Assembly (NCBI GenBank): GCA_020137815.1
Contig: CM035362.1
Coordinates: forward strand, 186,001 to 250,000
Direction of reading: 5' to 3'
Source of the DNA: Hormiphora californensis
Lineage: Eukaryota > Animalia > Ctenophora
DNA length: 64,000 nt
Shown here: positions 24,086 to 36,400 of the stretch, piece by piece
How the letters are laid out: each line of letters begins with the position of its first letter
Position numbering within the stretch: position 1 is the stretch's first letter
Notes under the pieces: generated by a model
Database searches by the model: none
Seen by the model: only the letters and a program-made list of their open reading frames with translations
What the model was told of the DNA's origin: nothing
Program-made: the position numbers and the translations under genes

Positions 24086-24639
24086 TTCGGTTCCCCTTCT
24101 CAATTAACTTTCTGGGGCCCTACCAAAGTTTGTTTCCTTCCCATTCCTTATTCTTTTTTTTTCTTAAAATTTTTCCTTTTGTAATCTCTTCGTTCTCTTG
24201 CATTGGGGAATTTGGGTTTTAAAATAGGAGGTGATTAAGGCCCTGCAGATTAAGGTCCCCCATCTATTGAATTTTAAAAATGGCGAGGTTTAAAAAAAAA
24301 ATTTTTTAAATTCCACAAATTCTTTTCATTTAAAATAAAGTTGGATTTGGGAAGTAAAGCTTCTGGAAGCAGGCCTCAATAATAATATGAGCATTATTGA
24401 GAGAGAGGGGGGAAGCAGAATATAATTCTAAGAAGCGCTACTTTCCATGCATGGTAAATGGGAACGGTTTGAATTTGTCATTTCTTCTTACCGAGGGAAC
24501 GATTTAAAATGTGGTTGAATTAATAGGCCGTTACCAAGAAGATCTCCAGTCAAAATTTAATACACCTAAGATCGGTCTGCAAAAAATGTATTTCTAGTCG
24601 AGGGTTCACCTCCGTGAAAACTGATGAGGATTTCGTACC

Positions 24640-24805
24640 TTTACTGTCGAGTTTTAGAAATTCTGCATCCTTTTGTGCCCACGTGTTAGCTCCCAGGATA
24701 CTGTTTGCCTTCATGGATAACTGCAACCCTGAATCTGAATCTAGAACCTTGCTAACTCCGGTACTAACTCTGCCATCCTGCAGCATTCCAATGGATCCTT
24801 GTTCC
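24640..24805 (-). CDS. Possible isolated internal exon of an unidentified minus-strand gene (EQGSIGMLQDGRVSTG...AEFLKLDSK)
   Basis: Pyrimidine-rich acceptor CTCTGTTTCTGCAG, an open frame and donor AAG|GTACGA. Neighbouring sequence is too degraded to link it to other exons. Confidence 0.35.
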
Positions 24806-26234
24806 TGCAGAAACAGAGAGGAATGAAAATAGAGATAATCTGGTGTTTTCCCAATTAGTTTATTCTCACTTGGTGGGGAAAGTTTACGTCCCAATATAAT
24901 TCGTTAAAACCCAAAAAAACAAAAACTAAAAATATTAAAAAAATAGCAAGATTTTCATAACTCAATTAGAATTGCAAAAGCGACCCCCCTTTTCATCCCG
25001 GTGGTTAGCTTTTGTCTCCTCCTGGGGCCCTTTAGGTCCATCCCCCCTCCAGTGTTCCCCCTGCTACTTGGGGCCCCGGTGGCAGAGAGAAAGGGTTCCA
25101 TAAGGAGACGGACGGGGGGGGAGGATGGGGGGAAAAGATTAAAAAAGAGAGGGGCCTGATGGAAAAAAAGGGCAGAAAAAAAGGGGGGAAAAAAGGGGGA
25201 CAAAACAGGGAAAGGGGGGGATATTTTATGATTTTATAGAAGTTACAAATTTTTTGGGAAATGGCCCTCTTGGGTGGTCCTGAGGGTTAAAGGGTTGTCC
25301 CAGGCAACAATGGGGCCCAAAAAAAAAAACAAGGTGAATTATCCAAAAAGATTTGAAAACCAAAAAGCCCCAAAATGACCACTGGGGGACGAAAATTATG
25401 CCTTGCAAAAGAACAATTAAATAGAAAGCCAAAATTAATCAAACAAAGGTTTGGTTTCTAAATGATTTCTCTCACGAAAAGGGGGGGGAACTGACGGTTT
25501 CACCCTGCACGCGTTTGTAAGGGCGATGCTTCTAGGGGCAAATAAATTTAAAATTAAGTTCCCGGGTTAGTTTCCAACTATCTCTCTCAAAAATTTCCCA
25601 TAATAGATATAGCAGCTGTGAGAGATATTGTGAGAGTTCCGAAATTCAATCGGTTTGTTATTAAAAGCAGTGAATTAAACAGGGGGGAGAAGGAGGGAAA
25701 GAAAAAAAAAAAAAAAGAAAAAAAAGAAGGGAAAATTATGTATTATTAAAAATTTAAAAAGGGAAAACCCAGGTTTTTAAAAAAGGTTCAATATAAATGA
25801 GTAACTGTCAGGAAACTAGTAAAAGGTTTAATTTTTTTTGGGCCCCAAAGTATGCAAAATTACCTCACCTAATTTTTCCCCCTTTTTTCCTTATTATATA
25901 CCTTTTTTTTTTTCCTTTTCTCTCTCAGTACTTTTTTCCCTTTTTCTTCCACACATTCACTTTTTATTGGTGGAAGTCAAAGTTTTTTGAAAAAGCCCCC
26001 CTGGTTTTTTCTCCTCCTCTCCTTCGTTTCCTCTCTCTCTCTTTTCTCTCTCCTTCCTTTCTTTTTTTCTTTCCTCTCTCTCTCCTCCTTCCCCTCTCTC
26101 TCTTTTTCCCTCTTCACCTTTTTCTTCTCTCTCTTTTTTCCTTTCTCCCTTTTTCTCTCTCTCTCCCTCCCCCCTCTTCTCTTCTTCTTCTCTCTCTCTT
26201 TTTCCTTCTCTCTCTCTCTCTTTTCCCCCCTTTT

Positions 26235-27731
26235 TCCCTATCATGTTTTTTAAACTCCAAAAAGCCCCACCCTTGGAACAATAGGGGAGGAAGCGTGCTA
26301 TGTGGTTAAACCCTCTGACTCTGACAGTTTAGCAGTCTGCTAAACCGCTTAACACTGTATGGACGATTGTTGTTGATCGGTAAAACTCTGGTAAAGGATG
26401 AATAATGACTACATCATCTAATATAATGTCACCAAGTTTAGGTCATAAATCTAAGTAGGGCATTTACTAAAAGTAATGATCATAATTCTCCTCAAATCTT
26501 GCTTCCTTTTAAGGGGCGCTCGACTAAATAGGGCATTGAATACTCAATTGGAGCCATTCACAGGGAAGATAAATACAGTACTCAGAAGTAGAGGCTGAAA
26601 CGTGGTCACCTGCTTGATGGAAAAGAAACCACTACGGAGAGGCCTCTCTCTTTATCTCCCTATCTTATATCTATCTTCCTTCTCCCTCTCTCTATCCCAC
26701 TCTCTTTCTATCCTCCTCTGTCTTTATCTCAACCTTCTGAAGTAAATCCGTTACAAACCGCTTTCTAACGTGACTTCAGCTCGGCACCGCTCACTCGCTC
26801 AAGGGGGCACAATTTGAGCATTTTAAACAGTGTTTATAAATCCAGCTACTTTACTTCGAGCTGTGTGACCATGATTTAAATCACGTGCTCGAGGAATTCA
26901 GTCTGAATAGCGACTAGATAGATGAGCTTGTCAAGATTTAACTAATTCGGGCATAATATATTCTGGATAGGTGATCATATTAGCGAGAGGTTTATAAACG
27001 TAGCATGGAGTGGCTCGTCTATCAAATAATAATAGCTAGACTTTTAGTCACTACCGCGACCGCCCGTGCCATTATACGGTAACTACACGAAATCGAGAGG
27101 GTCTAGCTAAATTGTAGGCATCCAATAGACGAAGTAAGAACTAGGACGACCGAAACAAGAAATGAGCAAATCACTAGTTCCAGAGGTCCAATACAAATTA
27201 GTACTGTGGTTCTTACTTGTGAACAGCGAGCGGTACTTTTCTTGGCACAAAAATAGAACCGAGAGAAAAAGAGAGGACCGAAATAGAAAAACAAAAGAAT
27301 TTAAAACTCAATGGTAATTGGAAATTCGTCTCAAGAAACTTCAGGGCTTAGGCGGAGTTTCGATCACATACTGACTTTTTTAAAGTAGACTGGAATACAA
27401 AGACTAACGAGGGCTTACTGCAGTGAAAATGCGTCTGGAGAAGCTCCAGCACGAATTACATTGGTTCTGCAAAATCAAGCAATCCAAAAGAGTCCTTCAC
27501 GACCCCTCGTAAATCAAGGACAAAACACTCAAGATCACTGTTAAAATGCATCTCAGTAAATCTAAACTCGGACACGAAAAGATTAGATTTTCCTGAGGTA
27601 CAAAAACAAAGTAATGACAGTATATTATATGGATTTTAAAGCTTTGATGCACTTTAATCATCTTCTCTGCAGAAGGATTTGACCAATAAATCTTTGGTTC
27701 GGGATATCTACATGATATGTGGAAGAGTTTA
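26235..27731 (+). repeat. Copy A of a ~1.5-kb direct duplication
   Basis: Aligns collinearly with 30270-31773, with scattered substitutions and indels. Both copies follow a CT tract. Confidence 0.9.
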
Positions 27732-28284
27732 TCAGGGTGTGAACTGCATGTCGTGTTTGCTAGTCGCGAGCGCGCTTGCGAGACAAGCAAACACGTCAAG
27801 GTTCATTAACAAGCATGCTGCTCAGTCATTTTAGATTTAATACACAATGTAAGGATACCATGTAATAGGTGAGACTCTTGCCGTCACCCTCGTTCAAGTC
27901 CCGTGAAAAACGGAGCAGTACACGCAGACTGATGCCCATTTTCGTCGCGTGACCCCGATTCAGCAGTTTGAGACACCAACTCTTTAGGGGGCCATATCTC
28001 AGGAACCAGACAAGATAGGAAAAATCGCCGTCTAATGAGGCGTACAGTTTTTAATCTAGTTTACCACTGTACCGGCCGTTTCACTCTCCGACCTAAAACA
28101 AAAATCGCAACCCCACAAAACTTCAAAATAATGAAATTCGCATCTCGCATGTCGTGTTGCATGTCGTGTCATGTTATTGACGCGCTCGCGTTCAACTCTC
28201 ACACAGCAGCTGCAGAACATGGCGGGAAACATCGAGGAGTAGAGAGAGGGTCGGTGCCGAATCAAATATTTCTTGATCTTGATC

Positions 28285-30012
28285 TACTCCATCTCTCAGC
28301 TATCCTACCCCTCATCAACTCGATCTCTCAGCTACCCTACCCCTCATCTACTCCATCTTTCAGCTACCCTACCCCTCATCTACTCCATCTTTCAGCTACC
28401 CTACCCCTTATCTAGTCCATCTCTCAGCTACCCTACTCCTCATCTACTCCATCTCTCAGCTTCCCTATTAGGGAAGCATAGAGATGGAAACGATTAGGGG
28501 TAGGGAATTCCCTAGCCCTCATCAACTCCATCTTTCAGCTACCCTACCCCTAATCTAGTCCATCTCTCCGCTACCCTACTCCTCATCTACTCCATCTCTC
28601 AGCTACCCTACCTCCCATTTACTCCATCTCTCAGCTTCCCTACCTCCCATTTACTCCATCTCTCAGCTTACCTACCTCCCATTTACTCCATATCTCAGCT
28701 TCCCTACCTGCCATTTACTCCATCTCTCAGATACCCTACCTCCCATTTACTCCATCTCTCAGCTTACCTACCTCCCATTTACTCCATCTCTCAGCTTACC
28801 TACCTCCCATTTACTCCATCTCTCAGCTTACCTACCTCCCATTTACTCCATCTCTCAGCTTCCCTACCTCCCATTTACTCCATCTCTCAGCTTCCCTACC
28901 TCCCATTCACCCCATCTCTCAGGTTCCCTACCTCCCATTTACTCCATCTCTCAGCTTCCCTACCTCCCATTTACTCCATCCCTCAGCTTCACTACCTCCC
29001 ATTTACTCCATCCTTGCCTCCCATTTACTCCATCTCTCAGCTACCCTACCTCCCATTCACTCCATCTCTCAACTACCCTACCCCTATTCTAGCCCATCTC
29101 TCCGCTACCCTACTCCTCATCTACTCCATCTCTCAGCTACCCTACCTCCCATTTACTCCATCGCTTACCTTCCCTACCTCCCATTTACTCCATCTCTCAG
29201 CGTCCCTACCTCCCATTTACTCCATCTCTCAGCTACCCTACCTCCCATTTACTCCATCGCTTACCTTCCCTACCTCCCATTTACTCCACCTCTCAGCTTC
29301 CCTACCTCCCATTTACTCCATCTCTTACCTTCCCTACCTCCCATTTACTCCATCTCTCAGCTTACCTACCTCCCATTTACTCCATCGCTTACCTTCCCTA
29401 CCTCCCATTTACTCCATCTCTCAGCGTCCCTACCTCCCATTTACTCCATCTCTCAGCTACCCTACCTCCCATTTACTCCATCGCTTACCTTCCCTACCTC
29501 CCATTTACTCCACCTCTCAGCTTCCCTACCTCCCATTTACTCCATCTCTTACCTTCCCTACCTCCCATTTACTCCATCTCTCAGCTTACCTACCTCCCAT
29601 TTACTCCATCTCTCAGCTTCCCTACCTCCCATTTACTCCATCCCTCAGCTACCCTACCTCCCATTTGATCCATCTCTCAGCTTCCCTACCTCCCATTTAC
29701 TCCATCTCTCATTTATCCTAACATTCCTACCCCTGAGAGATGGAGTAAATGGGAGGTAGGGAAGCTGAGAGATGGAGTAAATGGGAGGTAGGGTAGCTGA
29801 GAGATGGAGTAAATGAGAGGTAGGGAAGCTGAGATATGGAGTAAATGGGAGGTAGGGAAGGTAAGCGATGGAGTAAATGGGAGGTAGGGTAGCTGAGAGA
29901 TGGAGTAAATGGGAGGTAGGGACGCTGAGAGATGGAGTAAATGGGAGGTAGGGAAGGTAAGCGATGGAGTAAATGGGAGGTAGGGTAGCTGAGAGATGGA
30001 GTAGATGAGGAG
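28285..30012. repeat. 32-bp minisatellite (CTCCATCTCTCAGCTTCCCTACCTCCCATTTA) that inverts orientation at ~29712-29733
   Basis: Forward units run to 29711 and reverse-complement units run from 29733. Confidence 0.95.
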
Positions 30013-30220
30013 TAGGGACGAGAGGGGTAAAGGGGTGGGGAAAGGGGGGGAGGGAGGGGGGGAGTAAGGGTCTCTCAGCTCACTTCTCCTCTCTCTCTCT
30101 TCCACTACACTTCACCTGTTTCATTTGCAGATGACGATAGAATCAGAAGTATATTGTTAGTAAGCACTAAGCAACACCTGTTTGTTCTCTCTCTCTCTCT
30201 CTAGTCTCTATCTCTTTCTT

Positions 30221-30268
<48 letters not shown>

Positions 30269-30269
30269 T

Positions 30270-31773
30270 TCCATATCATGGACTTTAAATCTCCAAGCAA
30301 GCTCCACCCTTGGAACAATAGGGGAGGAAGCGTGCTATGTGGTTAAACCCTCTGACAGTTTAGCAGTCTGCTAAACCGCTAAACTCTGTATGGAAAATTG
30401 TTGATTGGTAAAACTCTTGTAGACTGTAGAGGATGAATATAATGACTACATCATCAAATGTCACCAAGTTTAGGTCATAGATCTAAGTAGGGCATTTACT
30501 AAAAGTAATGATTGTAATCCTCCTCAAATCTTGCTTCCTTTAAAGGGGCACTCGACTAAATAGGGCATTGAATACTCAATTGGAGCCATTCACAGGTGAG
30601 AGAAATACAGTATGTACTTAGAAGTAGAGGCTGAAACGTGGTCACCTGCTTGATGGAAAAGAAACCACTACGGAGAGGCCTCTCTCTTTATCTCCCTATC
30701 TCTATCCCTCTCTCTTTCTACCTCCCTATCTCTCTATCCCCCTCCTCTTTCTATCCTCCTCTATCTATGCCCCTCTGTCTTTATCTCAACCTTCTGAAGT
30801 AAATCCGTTACAAACCGCTTTCTAACGTGACTTCAGCTCGGCACCGCTCAAGGGGGGCGCAATTTGAGCATTTTAAACAGTGTTTATAAATCCAGCTGCT
30901 TTACTTCAAGCTGTGACCATGATTTAAATCACGTGCTCGAGGAATTCAGTCTGAATAGCGACTAGATAGATGAGCTTGTCAAGATTTAACTAATTCGGGC
31001 ATAAAATATTATGGATAGGTGATCATATTAGCGAGAGGTTTACAAACGTAGCATGGAGTGGTTTGTCTATCAAATAATAATAGCTAGAGCTGACTATTAG
31101 TCACTACCGCGACCGCCCGTGCCATACGGTAACTACACATGCACAAAATTGAGAGGGTCTAGCTGAATTGTAGGCATCCAATACACGAAGTAGGAGCGAC
31201 CGAAACAAGAAATGAGCAAATCACTAGTGCCGGGACCAGTTCAAATTAGTACTGTGGTTCTTTACTTGTGAACAGCGAGCGGTACTTTTCTTGGCACAAA
31301 AATAGAACCGAGAGAAAAAGAGAGGACCGAAATAGAAAAACAAAAGAATTTAAAAGTCAATGGTAATTGGAAATTCGTCTCAAGAAACTTCAGGAGGAGT
31401 TTCGATCACATACCTCTGACTTTTTTAAAGTAGACTGGAATACAAAGGCTAACGAGAGCTTACAGTGAAAATGCGTCTGGAGAGGCTCCAGCACGAATTA
31501 CATTGGTTTCTGCAAAAGCAAGCAATCCAAAAGAGTCCTTCACGACCCCTCGTAAATCAAGGACAAAACACTCACGCTCACAGTTAAAATGCATCTCAGT
31601 AAATCTAAACTCGGACACGAAAAGATCAGATTTTCCTGAGGTACAAAAACAAAGTAGTGACAGAATATTTTAAAAGCTTTAATCATCTTCTCTGCAGAAT
31701 ATAAAAAAGAAGGATTTGAACAATAAATCTTTGGTACGCGCAGGATATCTAAATAATGTGTTGAAGAGTTTAT
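30270..31773 (+). repeat. Copy B of the ~1.5-kb direct duplication
   Basis: See copy A at 26235-27731. Confidence 0.9.
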
Positions 31774-31985
31774 GATTTGAAAGAGTTATGAAAGAATTCC
31801 AAACATTCGTGCAATTATTTATACACACGGAGACAGCTATTCAGAGCTTGTGATATGGGGATCTGGAAAAGGTGTGCAAACGAAAGAAATGGAGAGGGCA
31901 CGAAAGAATCTGAGAGTCGGTGGGGCAGTTTCTATAAGTGCGTCCTCGCATGCACCTGCCATTAGGTCAATTACAAACAGCTGAA

Positions 31986-32023
<38 letters not shown>

Positions 32024-32183
32024 AATATATGTCTCTTAGAAACTGCTCCTCCCTTCTTTTTCTTATATACTTTCTCATTCACTTCTCACACGCCAAGGAT
32101 TGCCCATATATAATACCCCCAAAACCAACTCTAGCTACTTCTCTTCTTTTCCAGATTGTCTAAAATCTTCTAATTTGCCTCCT

Positions 32184-32283
32184 NNNNNNNNNNNNNNNNN
32201 NNNNNNNNNNNNNNNNNNNNNNNNNNNNNNNNNNNNNNNNNNNNNNNNNNNNNNNNNNNNNNNNNNNNNNNNNNNNNNNNNNN
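32184..32283. other. Assembly gap (100 N)
   Basis: Run of Ns. Confidence 1.
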
Positions 32284-35200
32284 GAACAATACTATGTGAA
32301 TACTGGACAACCATGTACAACTTGTTGCGGTTACAATAATTTCCCTACTATTTGTTACTACGAGTTGAACTATGTCATACCCAACAAGTATAATGAGACT
32401 TGACAGCTTGTACTGTACTACAGATAATTATTGTCAGAGGGGCAGATCACATATATGGCCCCCAGGGTTGCCTGCTTTGATTCTCCCCATCAATAACGTT
32501 CAGCTTGTCTAATCTACCCAGTTGGCCTACTTTGTGCACCGTTATTAATTGCAGTTATAATCCATTAACGGCCTGTACTTTCTTGCTGCCGAAATATCGG
32601 TGTCCATTGCAGTGTCCTGTCAAACTTGTTGGGTTTCCTATCAAACTTTTTGGGTGAAACGGTCTATTTTCTTTGTTTTTATTTTCATTTCCGGGTCATT
32701 AATCCGCCTATTTCTATTGCCTTTTTCGAGTTTGAAAACTTCAATTGTGCTCATCCTCCTACTCTGTCGCCCGTGAACAACTGTGTCCCCGCTTTTGCTC
32801 AATGGACATTGTCTTCTCTCTGCTCCAAGTAGACGATATTTCCAGACAGATCCTGAACATCTACGAACCTATCCGTTTTTCGCAACCTAGTGAGTTTATT
32901 ATTATGTATCACTTCAATATCTATTCTGGAATTAGATCTTTAGATCTAGACAACGGAGCCTCATACTTTCCTAAGCTCTATATAATTAGATCTTTTAGAT
33001 CTAGACAACGAAGCTATTATTACTTTCTCTCCTATAATAATCACGAGCTTATGGTATAACAGCGAGGTTGAAGGGAAAACGATAGCGAGACTCAGTGATT
33101 CGATAACAAACATCCCGCAGCAGCCAGAAGCCGGTCGTTTGTATTGTTACATACTACGAATACAAGAGGCTCGTGTAGCTTCCTATAAGCCAGGTGATCT
33201 AGCACTAACTACGGCCGATGGTGGCTTTGCGGCATATCTAATTCGCATGGAGCAGTCCTTTCATACTTGAGAGATTCATAGACGAACTAAACAGTGTAGC
33301 TTACCTAGAGGTCAAGTTAAATTACGGTAGTTACGAGTGAGCAGGAGCAATTTCATCTGATCGCGCAGGAAGTGTATTTCTTTCCACTGATATCTGAAAG
33401 TCACATCTGTGACCATGAGGATATTTCTTATAAAAACTCGTACATATCTGCGCTGCGCTTTTCGGCCAATAGTTTGGTCAATTTGTTAGCAGTGTCAATC
33501 AAGATAAGAAGCGTCCCTAGCTCATCTTACTGTATCGGCATAATCATTTAGCTAGTGTAACACACTACCCACAACGTGACGCTAGAAGGACAATGCATTC
33601 TTATGCAAGTAGAACTGTGGCCCTGTGAGAAGCTAAATATATGCCATGTAACAGATCTAAAGATGCTAAACATCATTCGTCCTGAAGAATGCTATTGTGT
33701 ATTTGGCTGGTCCATAGACAGCGTTCGTGAGCCAAGGAGTATAACGTGGGCCCCTCAGAGGGTGGCGTAAATTTCTGTTGGTTTGTGTGTAAGGAGCACC
33801 CCCCCAAACAGCCTGTTCACGGAAGACTGCATTTGAAAAGTTCACTGTTAAGTCTCTCTCCATCAAATTCGGTGTTTGCCACACGATCACCCTGTTGTAC
33901 TGATGCTGGTCCAGCCATAACTTGATGTGGTCTTTCTCTGAGAATCATGAAAACTGGTCACTGGTCATCTAGGCGAGGCCTTCACCCTCCCGTGGCTTGT
34001 ATAACTTATACATGATCGCAGCTGATTGCCATAATATATCGCGTTGCTATCAGATTCATGAGCCTTATTTTCTTGATGGATAAGCAGTTCTTTTAGTCTT
34101 GTTGTGACGATGGGATACGTATTCAGGTCAGTTAGATAATCTAGGCGCTCCAGTGCGGTGTGTTATGAAGTTTCCCCCATGTCAAATTGTGCCAGTCCTG
34201 AGGCCACTGGGTATACCAGTGTCGGAAAGTCACCTGTGGAATAAGCCGACCAGTCTAGGGACGCAAGATAGGCCCTATACGCTACGGATACGCTCTGAGT
34301 AATCCCACGAGCAGCTGAACGTTCATATATATTAACGCAGCAACACGAGATGAGCGGAACACTAGCTCAAGGCCGAAGAGGTGATCCTATGGGCAGCACC
34401 GCCTATCTGCCACGTGGAGTCCCGGACTGGCTAAGCACCCTAACATGATACGAGTACAAACCCTGCATAGTACGGAGAACTAGCCGATTCATCTCTTGTG
34501 ATATTACATGCTGCAGCTACTGTTGAACGCTGATGAAACTACTTTAACAAGTATATCACTACTTTCCGGGTAACGTCCGGCAATGACCACTTGCACTTCA
34601 GAACATATACACCGTCACTGTGTTCTTGTCTATAGGGTTCAACTCTCTTCTCTCTTTCTAATCGTTTTTTTATATATACCCTCATCCCTCTATTCTTCTT
34701 TCTCACTACATGCCATGCCTAGTGCTCGGACCCTCACAGTAGTAATATTCGCTGTGTAGGTTTAGAGAGCACTGCATCTTTCCATGTTATTGTCCAGATC
34801 ACAACATCTCCTTCATAGACATGTTGTATGTAACTGTTTTTAGCTCCTACTAGCCCAGTCCTTAGCTCCTTCGATATTGTGTGTGTATACTCAACAGCGT
34901 GCACAGTCATAAGATCTTCTGGTCACAAAAATGACCAGGCCTGATTTTTATGTTTCCTGGCCTCAGAGTATATTTTAGGAATCATAAAGGAGCGCTGCCA
35001 TGGTGGTCTTTTATTGTGGCGTTTCCTCTCGCATAAGTTGATAGAGCCTGCTTTAAAACAGCTGTAGTAGCAGAGTCTATCATGAAATATTGGGCGGAGT
35101 AGCGACGTACAGCCAGGAAGTACTATGCATGCGGTGAGAGAAAAAGGGCACCAACGTATATGCGTGGCTAGGCTACGATATAGAGAAAGAGAGAGTAGAG

Positions 35201-36400
35201 ATATGAGAGAGTAGAAGAGTAGACGAGAGAGAGAGAAGACCGCTGCAGAGAGAGAAACGAGTAGTAGAGTCAGCGAAGACCAGCAGAAGAGAGATAAGAG
35301 AGAAAGCTGTTCTCACGGCTAGCCTCTCTTCTAGCTTTTCCCTTAGAGCTCTTTCCCGGAGAAGGGAGGAAGCCCCTGTTCATCCTGCATCCCTGGACTA
35401 GTAGCCAGGAAAAAGTCCAGGGCCGGAACCATTTCGTTATGTGTGTTGTTGTGAGGCTCTTTTGCAGTATAAAATGAGAGCTTGTTTGGTTTGGTTTGGT
35501 TCGACTGTACCTCGCACTGCTCCCCGAAGGAGCCTGGCTCAAGAGCTTGTAAGATTACACTTCGTGTGTGCTTGGTATGAATATTAAGCATGTTAGTTTT
35601 TATTGCATCATGAACGCGTGATCCTGCACTCAAGATTAGCTTAGGATTTTCTGTTCTATGTTTAATTTCGTCCTCCCTCTTTCTCTCACCATCTCCTTCT
35701 TTCTCTCGTTCACTCCCCATTGATTGTAACCGACAAAGGAAGCTTTGTATTGATTTGCTTTGACACTAATGATAGATTATGATTCGTTGGTTTGTTGGTT
35801 TTGCTATGAACTTCTTTCATCACGTTCCATTTTGCTTCCATCAGTATAGGGAATTCTACAACTCGAATTATTTGAATGTTGAGTATCACAACTTATAAAT
35901 CACAATTTAGTAAATAGGGATCGATTGTGTTCACGTGGCCAAGCTTAACAATAACTAATGGATATAGGAAATGGTTCGGAGCCTACAAGAAGATAAATAG
36001 GCTACACTCGTGATATTGAGTAGACTTGGCGAAGAAATATATATCGAGAGGAAGAGAAATCAGTTTGATCAAGAAAGAATGAAGAGGCTATTTATCACAA
36101 AAGATTATTTGCCGGGATTTGATTTGCATTTTGTTACCTTGCCATTCGATTTGCATATATTATTACCTTCGCTAATTTATCTGAGTGAATCTTCACGGCC
36201 TTCTAATATTCTGCTCCTTGACTAGCTGAAGACGTGAAACACAGTGTTCTCGAAAGCTTAGATGCCAATTTATTGTTGAATTAGTACCATTATAATTTAT
36301 ATTTATCCTGTTACTGGTTGTTCCTTGCCATACTATCATTGCATTTAAGTTGCCTGGTAATTTTTACCAAAATTCCTTTTTATTTAGTTGAAAAGTTAAG

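Noticed and set aside
23551-24222. Leu/Ser-rich and Arg/Glu-rich ORFs (also 14779, 25797, 46576, 49050, 63583)
   Set aside because: Reading frames of CT/GA microsatellites.
29014-30105. 235-aa and 130-aa Pro/Ser/Leu ORFs
   Set aside because: Translations of the 32-bp minisatellite.
26235-31773. LTR retrotransposon (two 1.5-kb direct repeats)
   Set aside because: No TG...CA ends, TSD, primer-binding site or gag/pol remnants were seen. Homology runs into a microsatellite and the interior is minisatellite.
32284-35300. Short ORFs and possible exons after the gap
   Set aside because: The sequence is very noisy relative to its mirror copy, so no consistent frame or recognisable motif can be supported.
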